Positions 22,298 through 32,765 are shown, counted from the stretch's first letter. The stretch: DNA of 49,971 nt from Candidatus Latescibacterota bacterium (GCA_965205655.1 CBDBIJ010000031.1:1-49971); one strand, 5' to 3'. Notes: generated from the letters alone by a model not told the origin. Translations and numbers: made by a program.

Positions 22298-23461
22298 TCA
22301 GGGACCGGTGGCAGTGGTTTTGGTGGTAGATTCTCGCTCGGTCTCCTTGAGCGTGTAGTAGACGGTGAGGGACCGGCTGCGCCCTGCTTGGAGGTCAAGC
22401 ATGGTGGCGTACAGATGGCTCGTCAGATACCTGAGCTTGTTCGTGTGAGCGGAGAACAGATTCGACACGCCGGCCGTCGACACGAAGTACGTGTCGAGGC
22501 TGTAGGTGCGATCGGCGAGGTCCATCGACACCGAGCCTTTCATCCCCTCCACCGAGCGCCGTGGGTCGGCGTTGTGCCGGAGTAGGGCGTACTCCTCGAC
22601 TCCTCTTGCCAGGGCCTCGGCTTTCATATTCACGTGGGGCGAGCGCGGTCGCCGGACCCTCTCTGCCGAGCCGACCTCGGTGACCCACCGTTGATTCGGA
22701 AACCCGGGAAACCCGAGCATGACGTAGGGAGCCTGGAGGTCGTGCGATGTGCCGTTGTGAATGGCGTACTCGACCGCGAATTCCGTGCCTTCGGCCGGGA
22801 GTTGATAGATCACTTCCAGATCGATTCCATGCCGCCGCACATTGGCCGAACGGAACGTCAGCCTTACTCGATCCTTCAGCTTGTCGACCGTCGGTTCGCC
22901 CCATTGTTTCTGGAGCAGTTTCTCGTGCACTTCCCCCCCGCCGTTCGGGTCCTCGAACCAGAACCACTCCCAGTCTGCCAGCGGCAACTCGGGGTGGACG
23001 AAGTCGAGCGGCTGGCCCTTGAGTCGCAGCGACACGATGCCAAAGGGCTCACCCCATTTCACTATCATCGTATACGACGGCATGCTCACCGTCGTGTGGT
23101 GCCGCTTTGTTGTGACCCGATACGTTGGTTGCGGTATGACGACGCTTTCCGGCTCGCGACTCTCGATGTCCAACCGTGGCGCTGGGGGCGCCAGGGTCAT
23201 ATCGACTTTCCCGGTGAACTCGTCAGCGAGAATGAACAGATCCAGCAGAGAGACATCACCGTCCAGGTTCAGGTCGTAGATCGATTGATCGGTTCCCATG
23301 GCGGCCTGGAGGAGGGCATAGTCGCTCATACCCACGACGCCGTCATTGTCGAAGTCGGCCGGTGACAGGTTGAGTCGCACCGGCGGCACGCCAGAAGGGG
23401 GCTGGCCGAACAATCGCGATCCAAGAAGCAGTATGAAAAGCAGCGAACGAGCGAAGCTCAT
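22298..23461 (-). CDS. Secreted hypothetical protein with N-terminal dockerin/EF-hand-like pair
   Basis: Signal peptide; DFDNDGVVGMSDY and DLNLDGDVSLLDLF; beta-rich C-terminal domain. Confidence 0.65.
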   Translation of the reverse strand: MSFARSLLFILLLGSRLFGQPPSGVPPVRLNLSPADFDNDGVVGMSDYALLQAAMGTDQSIYDLNLDGDVSLLDLFILADEFTGKVDMTLAPPAPRLDIESREPESVVIPQPTYRVTTKRHHTTVSMPSYTMIVKWGEPFGIVSLRLKGQPLDFVHPELPLADWEWFWFEDPNGGGEVHEKLLQKQWGEPTVDKLKDRVRLTFRSANVRRHGIDLEVIYQLPAEGTEFAVEYAIHNGTSHDLQAPYVMLGFPGFPNQRWVTEVGSAERVRRPRSPHVNMKAEALARGVEEYALLRHNADPRRSVEGMKGSVSMDLADRTYSLDTYFVSTAGVSNLFSAHTNKLRYLTSHLYATMLDLQAGRSRSLTVYYTLKETERESTTKTTATGP

Positions 23462-23635
23462 GGGGCAAAAAATCCCAAAGACTGCCCCTGTCAGTCAAAT
23501 ACCTGTTCGGCTATGATGCTCGGACAGAGAGAGTGGAGCGCCGAGCCGCGGCCGCGCAAAGTCGCAAGGCCGACTGAAACCATTGTTCAGACTGTAGTTA
23601 GCTAGAGTCTGAGATCGAACAGCGTTGGCGAAGTG

Positions 23636-23857
23636 ATCCACCTGGGGGGTTCGGCACCGGTCGAAGAGGCCGCGAAGTGGAGTCGCGCTAACTTCTCCAT
23701 CCTCCTCCTCAACGTTACCCACCAGAGAGCTTCCCTGCGCGCGGTGGGGCGGGCAGCTCGGCCGGACAGTTTCGACGGCCCCCCTCCTACCTTCGGTGCC
23801 ATTCGGACGGGGGATAGACGCTATTGAGACCCGCCAGGTGGGTTCCTGTGGGCGGGT
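23636..23857 (+). ncRNA. Candidate structured RNA / riboswitch-like leader (unassigned)
   Basis: Nested helices found by eye: 23636-51/23828-43, 23653-59/23794-800, 23660-65/23771-76, 23668-72/23759-63. A competing hairpin spans 23829-23857. Confidence 0.4.
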
Positions 23858-23984
23858 TGCGTTCCCCCTTTAACGGGTATCGGCAGCAAACTCGTGATCT
23901 TTAATTCTCGCCGTCGGCCGGTTGGGGCATTTGACCAGCAGGGCCAAATCGTGCTTGTGTCATATCTTAGCTTCTTCCACCTAC

Positions 23985-24905
23985 ATGTTCTGGATACGGT
24001 ATCCCTTGCCGGACCTGTCGGACATCTACTTCGAGCTCGCCGCTCTCGGCAGCGCCCTGGTTTGGGCGGTGAGCAGCTTCATGATCCGCACCCAGACGGC
24101 GAAGATGTCGCCTACCGCCATCAACACCATTCGCTGCGCGGTGGCCGGCATCGCCTACTGGATTATCCTCCCCTTCGGCTCTCCCGTCTCCGACCTCGGC
24201 GGTCTGTCGGCGCTGACCTGGGCGCTCTTGTTCGCCTCCGTCGTCGCCAACATCACTCTCGGCGACACCTTCAGCATCGTCGCCCTCAAGGAGATCGGCC
24301 TCTCCCGTTCGATGCCGCTGACCGGCACCTTTCCGCTGGCCACGATCGCGTTCGAATGCATCCTGCTCGGCGAGCCATTCGACTACACCCTTCTGGTGGG
24401 GGCCCTCTTTGTTGTCGCCGGCATCGTCTTTCTCGTCAGAGACCCTCCTCAGCTTGCCGATGAGGCGCGCGCCACAACTGGCAGTCTGAAGCTCGGGCTC
24501 CTCTTCGCCGCCGGCGCCTCCATCATGTGGGGCCTCGGCACGATTCTGCTGAAGCTCGCCATCGTCGACATGACCATCCTACAGGCCAACTCAATACGCA
24601 TGCCCATGGTCGCCGTCCTCCTCCTCGCCACGCGCATAATCCCAACGGGCAGGGCAGGTCTCCGCTTCGTCGACAGGCGGGCAGTGCTCACCGTGGCCGC
24701 CAGCGGCCTCATCGGCATGGGCCTCGGCTCCTATCTCTACGTGTCCGCCCTGAACGGACTTGGACCTGCGAAGGCGGTGACCCTGAACGCCACGTACCCG
24801 GTATTCGGCCTCATACTGGCAGTCCTGTTTCTCGGGGAGAAAGTGAGAGTCTCGATTCTGGCCGGCGTCGCCTGCTGTCTAGCCGGTGTATGGATCGTCC
24901 TCTGA
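23985..24905 (+). CDS. DMT/EamA family transporter (start uncertain, 23985 or 24006)
   Basis: About 10 TM helices in two EamA repeats; LLGE and FLGEKV loops. Confidence 0.88.
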   Translation: MFWIRYPLPDLSDIYFELAALGSALVWAVSSFMIRTQTAKMSPTAINTIRCAVAGIAYWIILPFGSPVSDLGGLSALTWALLFASVVANITLGDTFSIVALKEIGLSRSMPLTGTFPLATIAFECILLGEPFDYTLLVGALFVVAGIVFLVRDPPQLADEARATTGSLKLGLLFAAGASIMWGLGTILLKLAIVDMTILQANSIRMPMVAVLLLATRIIPTGRAGLRFVDRRAVLTVAASGLIGMGLGSYLYVSALNGLGPAKAVTLNATYPVFGLILAVLFLGEKVRVSILAGVACCLAGVWIVL

Positions 24906-24936
24906 ACAATCGCTCGTAATTGAACGATCGCCAGTT

Positions 24937-25527
24937 TCAGCGGCCGCGCACCTCCACGGTCGCGGCGCCTGCCTCGATCGAGACGTAGGCGTACCCCCCC
25001 TGTTTCAACGGCCCGGGATTGACCACTTTCGTCGCCCCGACCGAATCGACACCGACCCCTTCGTGGATGTGTCCGGTGAGACAGACAAGAGGCTGCCGCT
25101 CGTCGATGAAGTCGCGCACGGAGAGGCTCCCCACATGCTGGCCCGAGCTGATGCGGTCGTTTGCCGTCCGCGCCGGCGGCTGGTGGGCCACAAGCACGGC
25201 GGGCTCGTCCTCGCCGAGGTTGGCGGCCGCCTGTCCAAGAGACTGCTTCAGCTGCTCCTCCGTGCTCACGTTCGGCATGCGCCCCGGTGCGGGCAGGGAA
25301 CCGCTCAGTCCCATGAAGGCGATGTCGCCGGCGCGACGGCAGCGGCGGTGCAGATCGATCCCCTCATCGCGCAGGTGAGTCTCCACATCGTCGTAATCGC
25401 AGTTCCCAGTCACGGCGAGGACGCTCTCGTTCACATCTCGGATGGCCTGCAGGAGCCGTTGGGACGTCTCCCGCCGCCCGAAGTGCGTGATGTCGCCGTG
25501 GATATCTGAAAGACCGATGATGACCAT
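24937..25527 (-). CDS. Metallophosphoesterase (Icc-like), apparently lacking an internal segment
   Basis: SDIHG, TGNCD, AHQPP, TGHIHE, VNPG motifs. DxH is directly fused to GDITHF. Confidence 0.8.
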   Translation of the reverse strand: MVIIGLSDIHGDITHFGRRETSQRLLQAIRDVNESVLAVTGNCDYDDVETHLRDEGIDLHRRCRRAGDIAFMGLSGSLPAPGRMPNVSTEEQLKQSLGQAAANLGEDEPAVLVAHQPPARTANDRISSGQHVGSLSVRDFIDERQPLVCLTGHIHEGVGVDSVGATKVVNPGPLKQGGYAYVSIEAGAATVEVRGR

Positions 25528-25541
25528 GTTTGTGCCCTGGC

Positions 25542-26573
25542 TCAGACGAACGGCGGGCGCCCCGGCTCCTCTGCATCGGCGGCGATATCGAACGCCTCCA
25601 GAACGAGGCGCCGGATTTCCTGCAGCTCCTCTTTGCCCTGGGGCACCATCGTCGTCAGCAACAGCCGCGGCGTGTGATTGCGCAGCCACTGATCTACGAA
25701 TGCCCCCGGCACGCCGAGCCGCTTGCACGGCCAGATGATCTTGTCGGCCACGAGTCGAGCGCGGTCGAGCTGTCCGAAGGTGGAGACCGGCTGCTCGTTC
25801 ATCGTCGTGCGGTTGACGACGGCGAGGTAGCCACCCCTGACGAGCGCTTCCACCACCATCACCGCTTCACAGCCGTGGCGATAGTAGGCATCCTCCCCGG
25901 CGCCACACATCCGCGGCTCGTCGATGAACACGCGATGTGCCGTTTCAGCGGAGAAGAGCTTGTAGCCGGAGTGGAAGTCCGGAAACTCCTCGAAGCTGGT
26001 GGCGCCCTCGAGCCGCAGCGGCCTGCCGTCGAGGGCGGCTCGAAATGCCAGGGCGTCCAGCAGGATGCGATCGGCGAGCTCCTCCAGCTCACCGCGCAAA
26101 AACCCCAGCGGCCGGTGTTTGGAAATCCTGCGGCCGAGGACGAGGATGTCCGTCTCTGCCGCGCCCCGCCGTGCGTGCTCCGAACACCGTACGAAATTGA
26201 GCAGCTCGTTGGGAAAGTGATCCCCGTCGCAATCGAGGACGGCCAGGTAGCTCAGTCCTGGGCGCTGCAGCAGGATGTCGGCCCCGCGTCTCAGGGCGGC
26301 CAGCTTGCCGCGATTCTCGGCGGCGACGCTCACCTGCAGACCGAGCCTGTCGCCCAGCTCGGCGGCGATGTCGCCGCCGCTCCCCTCGCCGTCTACGCTG
26401 AGGCAGATGCTGGCGGGATCCTCCACTTGATCGACGCAGGCCAGCGCCGTATCCTGCAACAGAGATTCCCCGGTTTTGCGGTCCGGGCCCGCGGGGAGGA
26501 AAACGGGAATGACGATCCCCGTCTGACGGCGCAGCACCGGCGCAGCCTGGGCGATCGAGTCGGCGCGGGTCAT
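25542..26573 (-). CDS. Glycosyltransferase family 2-like protein
   Basis: IVIPVF, SVDG, ENRGKLAA, DxD motif LDCDGDH, DFHSGYKL. Confidence 0.7.
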   Translation of the reverse strand: MTRADSIAQAAPVLRRQTGIVIPVFLPAGPDRKTGESLLQDTALACVDQVEDPASICLSVDGEGSGGDIAAELGDRLGLQVSVAAENRGKLAALRRGADILLQRPGLSYLAVLDCDGDHFPNELLNFVRCSEHARRGAAETDILVLGRRISKHRPLGFLRGELEELADRILLDALAFRAALDGRPLRLEGATSFEEFPDFHSGYKLFSAETAHRVFIDEPRMCGAGEDAYYRHGCEAVMVVEALVRGGYLAVVNRTTMNEQPVSTFGQLDRARLVADKIIWPCKRLGVPGAFVDQWLRNHTPRLLLTTMVPQGKEELQEIRRLVLEAFDIAADAEEPGRPPFV

Positions 26574-26690
26574 GGACGGGGGTATTTGACTGGCCCCCTC
26601 ACCGCTGCTTTCTTATCTACCCCCATTCTGCTCACACACATCCTGCCGTGACTGAATCCAACGCCATAGAGAAGGAAAGCCGACCCGCTG

Positions 26691-27425
26691 ATGCGGGGCG
26701 TCGGCTCCCCGGCGCAACCGGTGGAAAAGGGACCTCTTCTGCTCGTTGACGACGACCCTTCCATCCGCCTCCTGTGCACGAAAATTCTTGCCATGAAGGG
26801 CCTGGAAGTGCACACCGCGAGCGACGGCGAAGAGGCGATCCGCAAGGTGGCCGCCGAGGATTATCGCATCGTCCTCCTCGACCTCAAGCTGCCCGGAATG
26901 GACGGCATCGAATGCCTGAAGCAGCTCAAGGCGGAGGGCTGCCGCGCCGACATCGTCATGGTGACCGGCTACGGCAACGTGCCGACGGCGGTGGAGGCCA
27001 TGAAGATGGGGGCCCGGGACTTCATCGAGAAGCCCTTCCAACCCGAGGATCTCCTGTCGATGGTCGAGGACATCCTCCTGAAACAGATCCGCGACGCCGA
27101 TCTCATCGACGATCCCGTCGTCGGCTACATCCAGCAGCACGCCACCGAGATTGGGTCGCGCAAGGATGTGGCCACGCGCCTGGGCGTCAGCCTCGAACAG
27201 GTCTCCAGCCGGGTTCAGGAAGTGACCGGGCAATCCTTTCGTCAGTTCCTTCACACCTGCCGTCTCGATCTCGCCAAGAAGCTACTGGAGACGACGGAGC
27301 TCGATATCTCAACGATTTCAGAGCGCACCGGCTTTCAGACCGTGCAGCACTTCAGTCGCGTCTTCAGCAAACGCGTCGGCGTTTCACCCAAGAACTACCG
27401 ACTCCAGACCAGGGCCCAGAGCTGA
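26691..27425 (+). CDS. Response regulator, REC plus AraC-type HTH (start may be GTG 26721)
   Basis: LLVDDD, LLDLKLPGMDG, VTG, FIEKP; RLDLAKKLL...GF.TVQHFSRVFSK.VGVSP. Confidence 0.9.
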   Translation: MRGVGSPAQPVEKGPLLLVDDDPSIRLLCTKILAMKGLEVHTASDGEEAIRKVAAEDYRIVLLDLKLPGMDGIECLKQLKAEGCRADIVMVTGYGNVPTAVEAMKMGARDFIEKPFQPEDLLSMVEDILLKQIRDADLIDDPVVGYIQQHATEIGSRKDVATRLGVSLEQVSSRVQEVTGQSFRQFLHTCRLDLAKKLLETTELDISTISERTGFQTVQHFSRVFSKRVGVSPKNYRLQTRAQS

Positions 27426-27449
27426 CCATCGGCCAGCCGCTGGCAGCCC

Positions 27450-29040
27450 TTATCCCGCCGGCGCGTCCTGCTGCGTCCAGGTGCCGTCGATCCGGCGCCA
27501 CACCCCTCCGGGATTCCCGTTTCTGAGCTCGGGCGGCAGCCTGTGCTCTCTGACGTTGTCGAAGCACTGCAGCACGGTGAATCGCCGCAGCGAACCGGGG
27601 ATTCCCACCGCCGTGAAGCCGGCGTGCCCCGTTGCCGGATACGGTCCCCCGTGGTTCATGGCAGCTGACACGGCAACCCCGGTCGGCATCTTGTCATTGA
27701 GCAGACGGCCCACGCGGCGGCGCAGGATCGGCGCTATGACATCGTAAGCCGCCTCGTCGCCGTCACCCGACTCGCTGTATACCGCCCCGGTAAGATTGCC
27801 TTCGAAACGGCGCGCGACCAGTGCGGCCTCGACCACGTCGGCGGCCACGACGAACATGGACTCGTTGCCGAAGGCCTCGGCCTGTAGCTCCTCGGCGCTG
27901 TCGAGGAACTGACTGCCGCTGACCTTCAGGACCGTGTTGCCGTAGCTGTAACCGGTTCCGCCGCCGGATGTGCCGCCGGTGACGAGCTCGGCCCCGGCCT
28001 CCTGCAAGGCCTTCACGCTCTCCGCGAGGCCGGCCTGCACACCCTCGTTGAGCAGCGTCCCCACCGGCGCTTCGCTGAATTTCGCCGCCACGCTGTCGAT
28101 GAAGCTCTTGCTCTCATCACCGGCCAGTAGCACGACGGACACCCGGATTCGTGCAGAACTGGCCCGTCCCCATCAGACACGAGGTGGTGAATTCGTCGGC
28201 GATCTCCGCGCCCCGCTCCCGTAGCGCCCCCGGAAGCAGAACCACGGGGTTGATGCTGCTGAGCTCCAGATAGATCGGCTTGCCGACTTGATCGGCCGCC
28301 GCCTTGAGCACGAGACCGGCCTGTCGAGAGCCGGTGTACGCGGTGGCGCCGATGAGAGGGTGGGATACGAGCCGCTTGCCCACTTCGTGGTCAGTGCGAT
28401 AGATCAGCTGCACTGTCGACGGCGGCAGCCCGGCCTCGTCCACGGCCGAGCGCGCCACCTCAGCCAGTAGCCGCGTCGTCCCCGGGTGTGACGAGTTTGC
28501 CTTGCCGATGACGGGGTTGCCGGCGGCGATGGCGGCGGCGAAGTCTCCTCCGGCCACACTGTTGAATGCGAGCGGAAAATTGTTCGGTCCGAAGACGGCC
28601 ACACCCCCGTCTAGCGGCCGGAACATCGAGCGGATTCCCGTCGCCGTGTCGATGGTAGGCTCGCTCCACGATCGGTCCCGGGCCGCGGCCGCCGCCTGGC
28701 GCAACTGGTCTGTCGTGCGTGGCAGCTCGATGTCGCTGAGCCTTGGCGCCGCCGGCAGTCCGGACTCCTCGCTGGCCTTCTCCACGATCTCGTCGCTGCT
28801 CGACTCGATGCCGGCGGCGAAGCGATCGAGAAAATCGGCCATTGCGCCCGGATAGAGCGAACCGAGCTCCTCGGACACCCGCGAGGCTTCCGCCACCGCC
28901 TCTTCCACCTCCGCCTCACCACTCACCGGATACGACTCGCCGGTCGGCGACATCGCTTTCGGATTCATCGGCTCGAAACGGCCGACCGCGTCCGAATCGC
29001 GCCATTCACCGGCGATCAGGACTGGCTGTGTTTCTGGCAT
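27450..29040 (-). CDS. NADP-dependent aldehyde dehydrogenase, KGSADH-like (+1 frameshift at ~28137)
   Basis: FGPNNFPLAF.SVAGGDFA, TGS, ELSSINP, GQFCTNPG, EAFG, NHGGPYPAT. Removing one base restores NPGVVVLL. Confidence 0.88.
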
Positions 29041-29103
29041 TATCGCGATTCCCCCCTTGTTGAAACGGCCCACAAGATACGGACAGGGCGCGAGTCGAAA
29101 AAG

Positions 29104-30669
29104 CTAGTCTCGAAAACGCAGGTCCGCTGTCGCGGGCACCCAGTCGGGATCGCCAAGTCGCTGGAGGTCGATCTCGTAAACCGGTTCGCGGCGCAGCAGG
29201 GAACCTGACGCCTGTTTCATCGATTCCTGCGGCCATTTCAACACGAGCAGCGGATAGGTCGACCTGGCGCGCTCGGGCGGTAGCAGCGGCTCGTACATGT
29301 AGATGAGCCACAGGTCCGTCAGTCGCCGCTGATGTGGCGAGCGTTCATCTTGCCACAGCAAGAATCGGAGGTACCGGTGCTGGCTTGCTTCCCAGCTCTC
29401 GTCCTCCGGACCCGGGTGCTGCGACCAGAACAGGCCCAGGTGTCCGGCGAAGGGACCGGTCCGGGGCCACGGTCGTGCGAATGTCGGCGCCCCGCCCGTG
29501 ATCGGGTCCAGTTCGCGTCCGTCGGCTGTGCGGCCGACGGCGACCCACCAGCCGCCGAATTCAGGGGGCTCCGGCGCGTACATGGACCATTCCGTCTCCA
29601 GGCCGAGGAAGTATTTCAGCCGCAGCACTGAGTCGGCGCCGGGATACGGCCACGCCTCGTCCGAGGGCAGCAGGCGCAGCCTGCTGCCCTCGATGTTGAC
29701 GACCATGCACCCGAACAAAAGAGCTGCCAGCGCCCGACGGCTCCATCGACTCGATTGCGAATGTCCCGCTGCTGTCCCGCCGCCCCGAATCGATCGATGG
29801 CGGGCGTCGTCATCGCAAAGCCGGCGGCACCACTGCCAACACGGCGCTGCCAGCAGCGCCGCCGCGGCGAATATCATCGCGGGCGGAAAGGCGCCGATGT
29901 CCATGGTCAACCACATGAATGAGTGGAAACCGATCAGCAGGAGACAACCCGTCGTGCGGGCGGCGACGCTGGACCACGGACTCAGGATGAGCAGGAGTGC
30001 GATCCACTCCACTGCCACCGTGGCGTGAGCCGCCATGCGAAAGACAGGGAACCCGAATGTATCCGCCGCCCACATGCCGACCTGTGAGGAGGAGGCGAAG
30101 TCGGTGAGTGCGAGCCATACCGCGGTGCCGTCCGACCACCACGCCGGGCCCGTCTTGCGCCGCGCCGTGTCGAGATAGACGAAGGCGAGGGTGAGCGCGA
30201 AGCCGCAGCCGGCGGCCGTCGTCAGCCGCGTGGCTCGGGCAGACGGCGGCTTTGAGGCCTGGCCTGCCGACAGGTACGCATCTGCGGAGAGCCGCTCGCC
30301 GAGGGGAAGTGCCTGGGCCCACAGGAGCAGGTTGACGAGAACGAGGTCGTGGTAGTCGACGGTCTGCCACGAGACGTACTGATAGCCGCAGACGGCGAGG
30401 CCGTAGCCGGCGAATATGACCCGCAGCGTCTGCTCATCAGAAGCGAGGCGCGCCCAATCCGGCAACGGCAATCCGTCGGCGTAGCCTTGCACGCCGGTCC
30501 AGATGGGGATGAGCGACCAGGACTGAAAAAGGTCGTAGAGGAGGACGCAGCCGGCGCCGATCCGGAAGCAGGCAAGGGATCGCGGCTCCAGACCGCCGAG
30601 CACAATGAGGTAGCGGCGAGCGAACGAAAGGAACCACTGGGCTCCTCGTGCACGCGCGTCCATCGGCAT
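29104..30669 (-). CDS. HTTM-domain membrane protein
   Basis: RSLACFRIG, LPLGERLSAD, W.DGTAV, FH..M, EWSMYAPEP. Confidence 0.7.
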   Translation of the reverse strand: MPMDARARGAQWFLSFARRYLIVLGGLEPRSLACFRIGAGCVLLYDLFQSWSLIPIWTGVQGYADGLPLPDWARLASDEQTLRVIFAGYGLAVCGYQYVSWQTVDYHDLVLVNLLLWAQALPLGERLSADAYLSAGQASKPPSARATRLTTAAGCGFALTLAFVYLDTARRKTGPAWWSDGTAVWLALTDFASSSQVGMWAADTFGFPVFRMAAHATVAVEWIALLLILSPWSSVAARTTGCLLLIGFHSFMWLTMDIGAFPPAMIFAAAALLAAPCWQWCRRLCDDDARHRSIRGGGTAAGHSQSSRWSRRALAALLFGCMVVNIEGSRLRLLPSDEAWPYPGADSVLRLKYFLGLETEWSMYAPEPPEFGGWWVAVGRTADGRELDPITGGAPTFARPWPRTGPFAGHLGLFWSQHPGPEDESWEASQHRYLRFLLWQDERSPHQRRLTDLWLIYMYEPLLPPERARSTYPLLVLKWPQESMKQASGSLLRREPVYEIDLQRLGDPDWVPATADLRFRD

Positions 30670-30671
30670 TC

Positions 30672-31343
30672 CTACTCGAACTGCTTCTTGAACTCCGTCA
30701 GCTGCCGACGGATCTCGTCGACCGCGCCCTGTAGCTCGGTAACTGTTTCTTCCAGTCGGTCCATGCGCTCGTTCTCCGCAACCACCTCCATCCTGGCCGC
30801 CTCGACACCTGGCTCGGCGTCGTCAGCTGATGACGCTACCTCCGGCTCACCCGCGAGCAGATGGGCGTAGCGCGACTCTTTGTGACCCGCCTGCCGCGGC
30901 AGCTTCTTCACCGCGGGACCATCGGCGCGGTTCGTCAATCCCAGAAGCACCGTCTCGACCTGGGCGAGATCGGCGAACTCGTGCATGCGGCTCGCCCGGC
31001 CCCTGAGCTCTCCTACGGTTTGCGGACCGCGCAACATGAGCTCGCAGATGATGGCCACCTCGGGCGCGGAAAAGCCGCTGACTTGCTCGAAGAGATGGTA
31101 GTATTTCGGCACCCTCATGTCCGGTCCGCTCTGCATGCGCGCGAGGCCCCACTCTTTGAGCGCGTCGAGAGAGCGCAGGACGGTCTTTTCGTCGAAATCG
31201 ACGACCGGGTTGCGATTCGACTTTTGATTGCATGCAGCCGTCAGCGAGTTGAGGGTGAGAGGGTAGTAGTCGGGCGTCGTAAGCCCTTTTTCGATGAGGG
31301 CGCCGACAACGCGCTCCTCGATTTTATTCAGTGTCAGATTCAT
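30672..31343 (-). CDS. yceH: YceH / DUF480 family protein
   Basis: EERVVGALIEK..TTPDYYPLTLNSL.AACNQKSNR, LMLRGPQTVGEL, RYAHLL. Confidence 0.92.
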   Translation of the reverse strand: MNLTLNKIEERVVGALIEKGLTTPDYYPLTLNSLTAACNQKSNRNPVVDFDEKTVLRSLDALKEWGLARMQSGPDMRVPKYYHLFEQVSGFSAPEVAIICELMLRGPQTVGELRGRASRMHEFADLAQVETVLLGLTNRADGPAVKKLPRQAGHKESRYAHLLAGEPEVASSADDAEPGVEAARMEVVAENERMDRLEETVTELQGAVDEIRRQLTEFKKQFE

Positions 31344-31358
31344 TTACGTTCACTCCGT

Positions 31359-32508
31359 ATGACGGAACAGTCCCAAAATCGGTCAACCGGCGCTTCCCCG
31401 CTGCGCTGGCTCCGCGGCGATCTACACAACCACTGCGAGCGCTTCGAGCTCCTGGACGAACACTTCTCGCTCGTCTCCGAGCGGCTCGATTTCGTCGCTT
31501 TGACGAACCACGCCCAGAAACCGGTTTTTTTTCGAGCAGCACGGAATGATCGAGAGGGCCCGTGAGCTCACCGAGATTCCCGTACTCTTTGGACTCGAGT
31601 GGAACGCTCCGGAGGGCCGGCACGCCAATCTCATCTTCCCGCCCGGTCCGCGTGAATCGGAGCACGCCTACGCTTTTGCCAGGGGACACGACCGGCGCCT
31701 CGACGGCAGTCGCCCCGAAATAGCTGCGGCCATGGCTCGGCTGTCCGGTCTGCCCGCCACCGAACGGCCCATCCTCGTCTTCAATCATCCCGTTCCCGGC
31801 GACTGGTCTGCCGACACGCTCGATCGCTACCTGACGGCGGGCGCCAATGGCGTCATCGCCGGCATCGAAGTCGTCCATGGGCACCAAGCCCAGGCGGTGG
31901 CCGCCGGTTTCCATCCGGCAAGCTATCCGAGCGCCGCTGTGGGCGGTCTCGCCGACCATGTCTACGTCAAAGGGCGCCAGCTCTCGCTGCTCGCCAACTC
32001 CGATTTTCACGTCCACAAGCAGCACAAAGAGTACGACTATCCCCTCGGGGTCTTCAACCACACGCTCGTCGGGGTGCGCAGCCCGGAAGACGGCCCAGCC
32101 GCCATTCTCGACGCTCTGCGCGCCGGTCGCACCTGCGCCGCGCAGGGACACTGGTTGGATCTCGTCGATTTTTCGATAGTAGCCTCCTCCGCCCCCGAAC
32201 AATGTCACATCGCCGATGTCTGGAACAGCGCTGCAGGCGACGCGGTGCTCTCGATCGGTTTCGAAGCGCGCGAGGAGATTCGAGAGGTGGACGTGATCGG
32301 ATGTCTTGCGAAGGGATCTCCGCCCTCGGTTCTGCGAAGCTTCGGGCAACGGCCCACCGGTCGGTGCCGGCTCGAGTTCGAAATTCCCGCCGGGACCCGT
32401 GGCTACGTGCGACTCCGGGTCATCTCCGCCGACATGACTCGACCGGCGCCCGGTCCCCGTGCCGCCAAGGCCTTCCTCACGTCGGCCATTCTCTTGAACG
32501 CGGACTAG
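31359..32508 (+). CDS. PHP-like metallohydrolase (+1 frameshift in the T8 run at 31525-31532)
   Basis: [18 protein letters not shown]...HAN, FNHP, IEV, ANSDFH. T7 restores [12 protein letters not shown]. Confidence 0.75.
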
Positions 32509-32657
32509 GTGGCGACCACCAGGTCGCTCATTCCCCGCTCGAGGCACGCCTCGAGATAGTCGGGAACGAGGTTCCCGATATCAGCCGGTTTGAAGGTGTG
32601 CAGATCGAGGGTGCCGTCTATCGGCAACTCGACGGCTTCGGCGTCGGCCTCATCCAT
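32505..32657 (-). pseudogene. Truncated Smr-domain protein (50 aa; absent from the ORF track)
   Basis: [50 protein letters not shown] with a GAGGGGGA RBS. It has the Smr LDLH motif but lacks the IHGKG and GG.GA motifs. Confidence 0.75.
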
Positions 32658-32765
32658 TGTCTGTCCCCCTCATCGATGGTTGCTTGGCGCATCTGAGATG
32701 TGGTAGATTGTCCCGCGCGGAAGCGACGACGTCAACGGACCGTCGCAAGCGACGGAGATCGAGCC

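Noticed and set aside
23636..23980. Assignment of the structured region as 6S RNA, tmRNA, or a lysine/TPP/cobalamin riboswitch
   Set aside because: Only isolated short motif resemblances (AGAGGCCGCG, ACCCACCTG, GCGCAGGGAAG); the full consensus order is not present.
31525..31532. Phase variation or programmed frameshifting at the T8 run
   Set aside because: It is one of seven similar indels in unrelated genes, so sequencing error is more parsimonious.
31324..32547. 407-aa minus-strand ORF and similar long shadow ORFs (e.g. 19534-20445, 25530-26651, 34397-35335)
   Set aside because: They are antisense to well-supported genes, have no motifs, and are expected in high-GC DNA.
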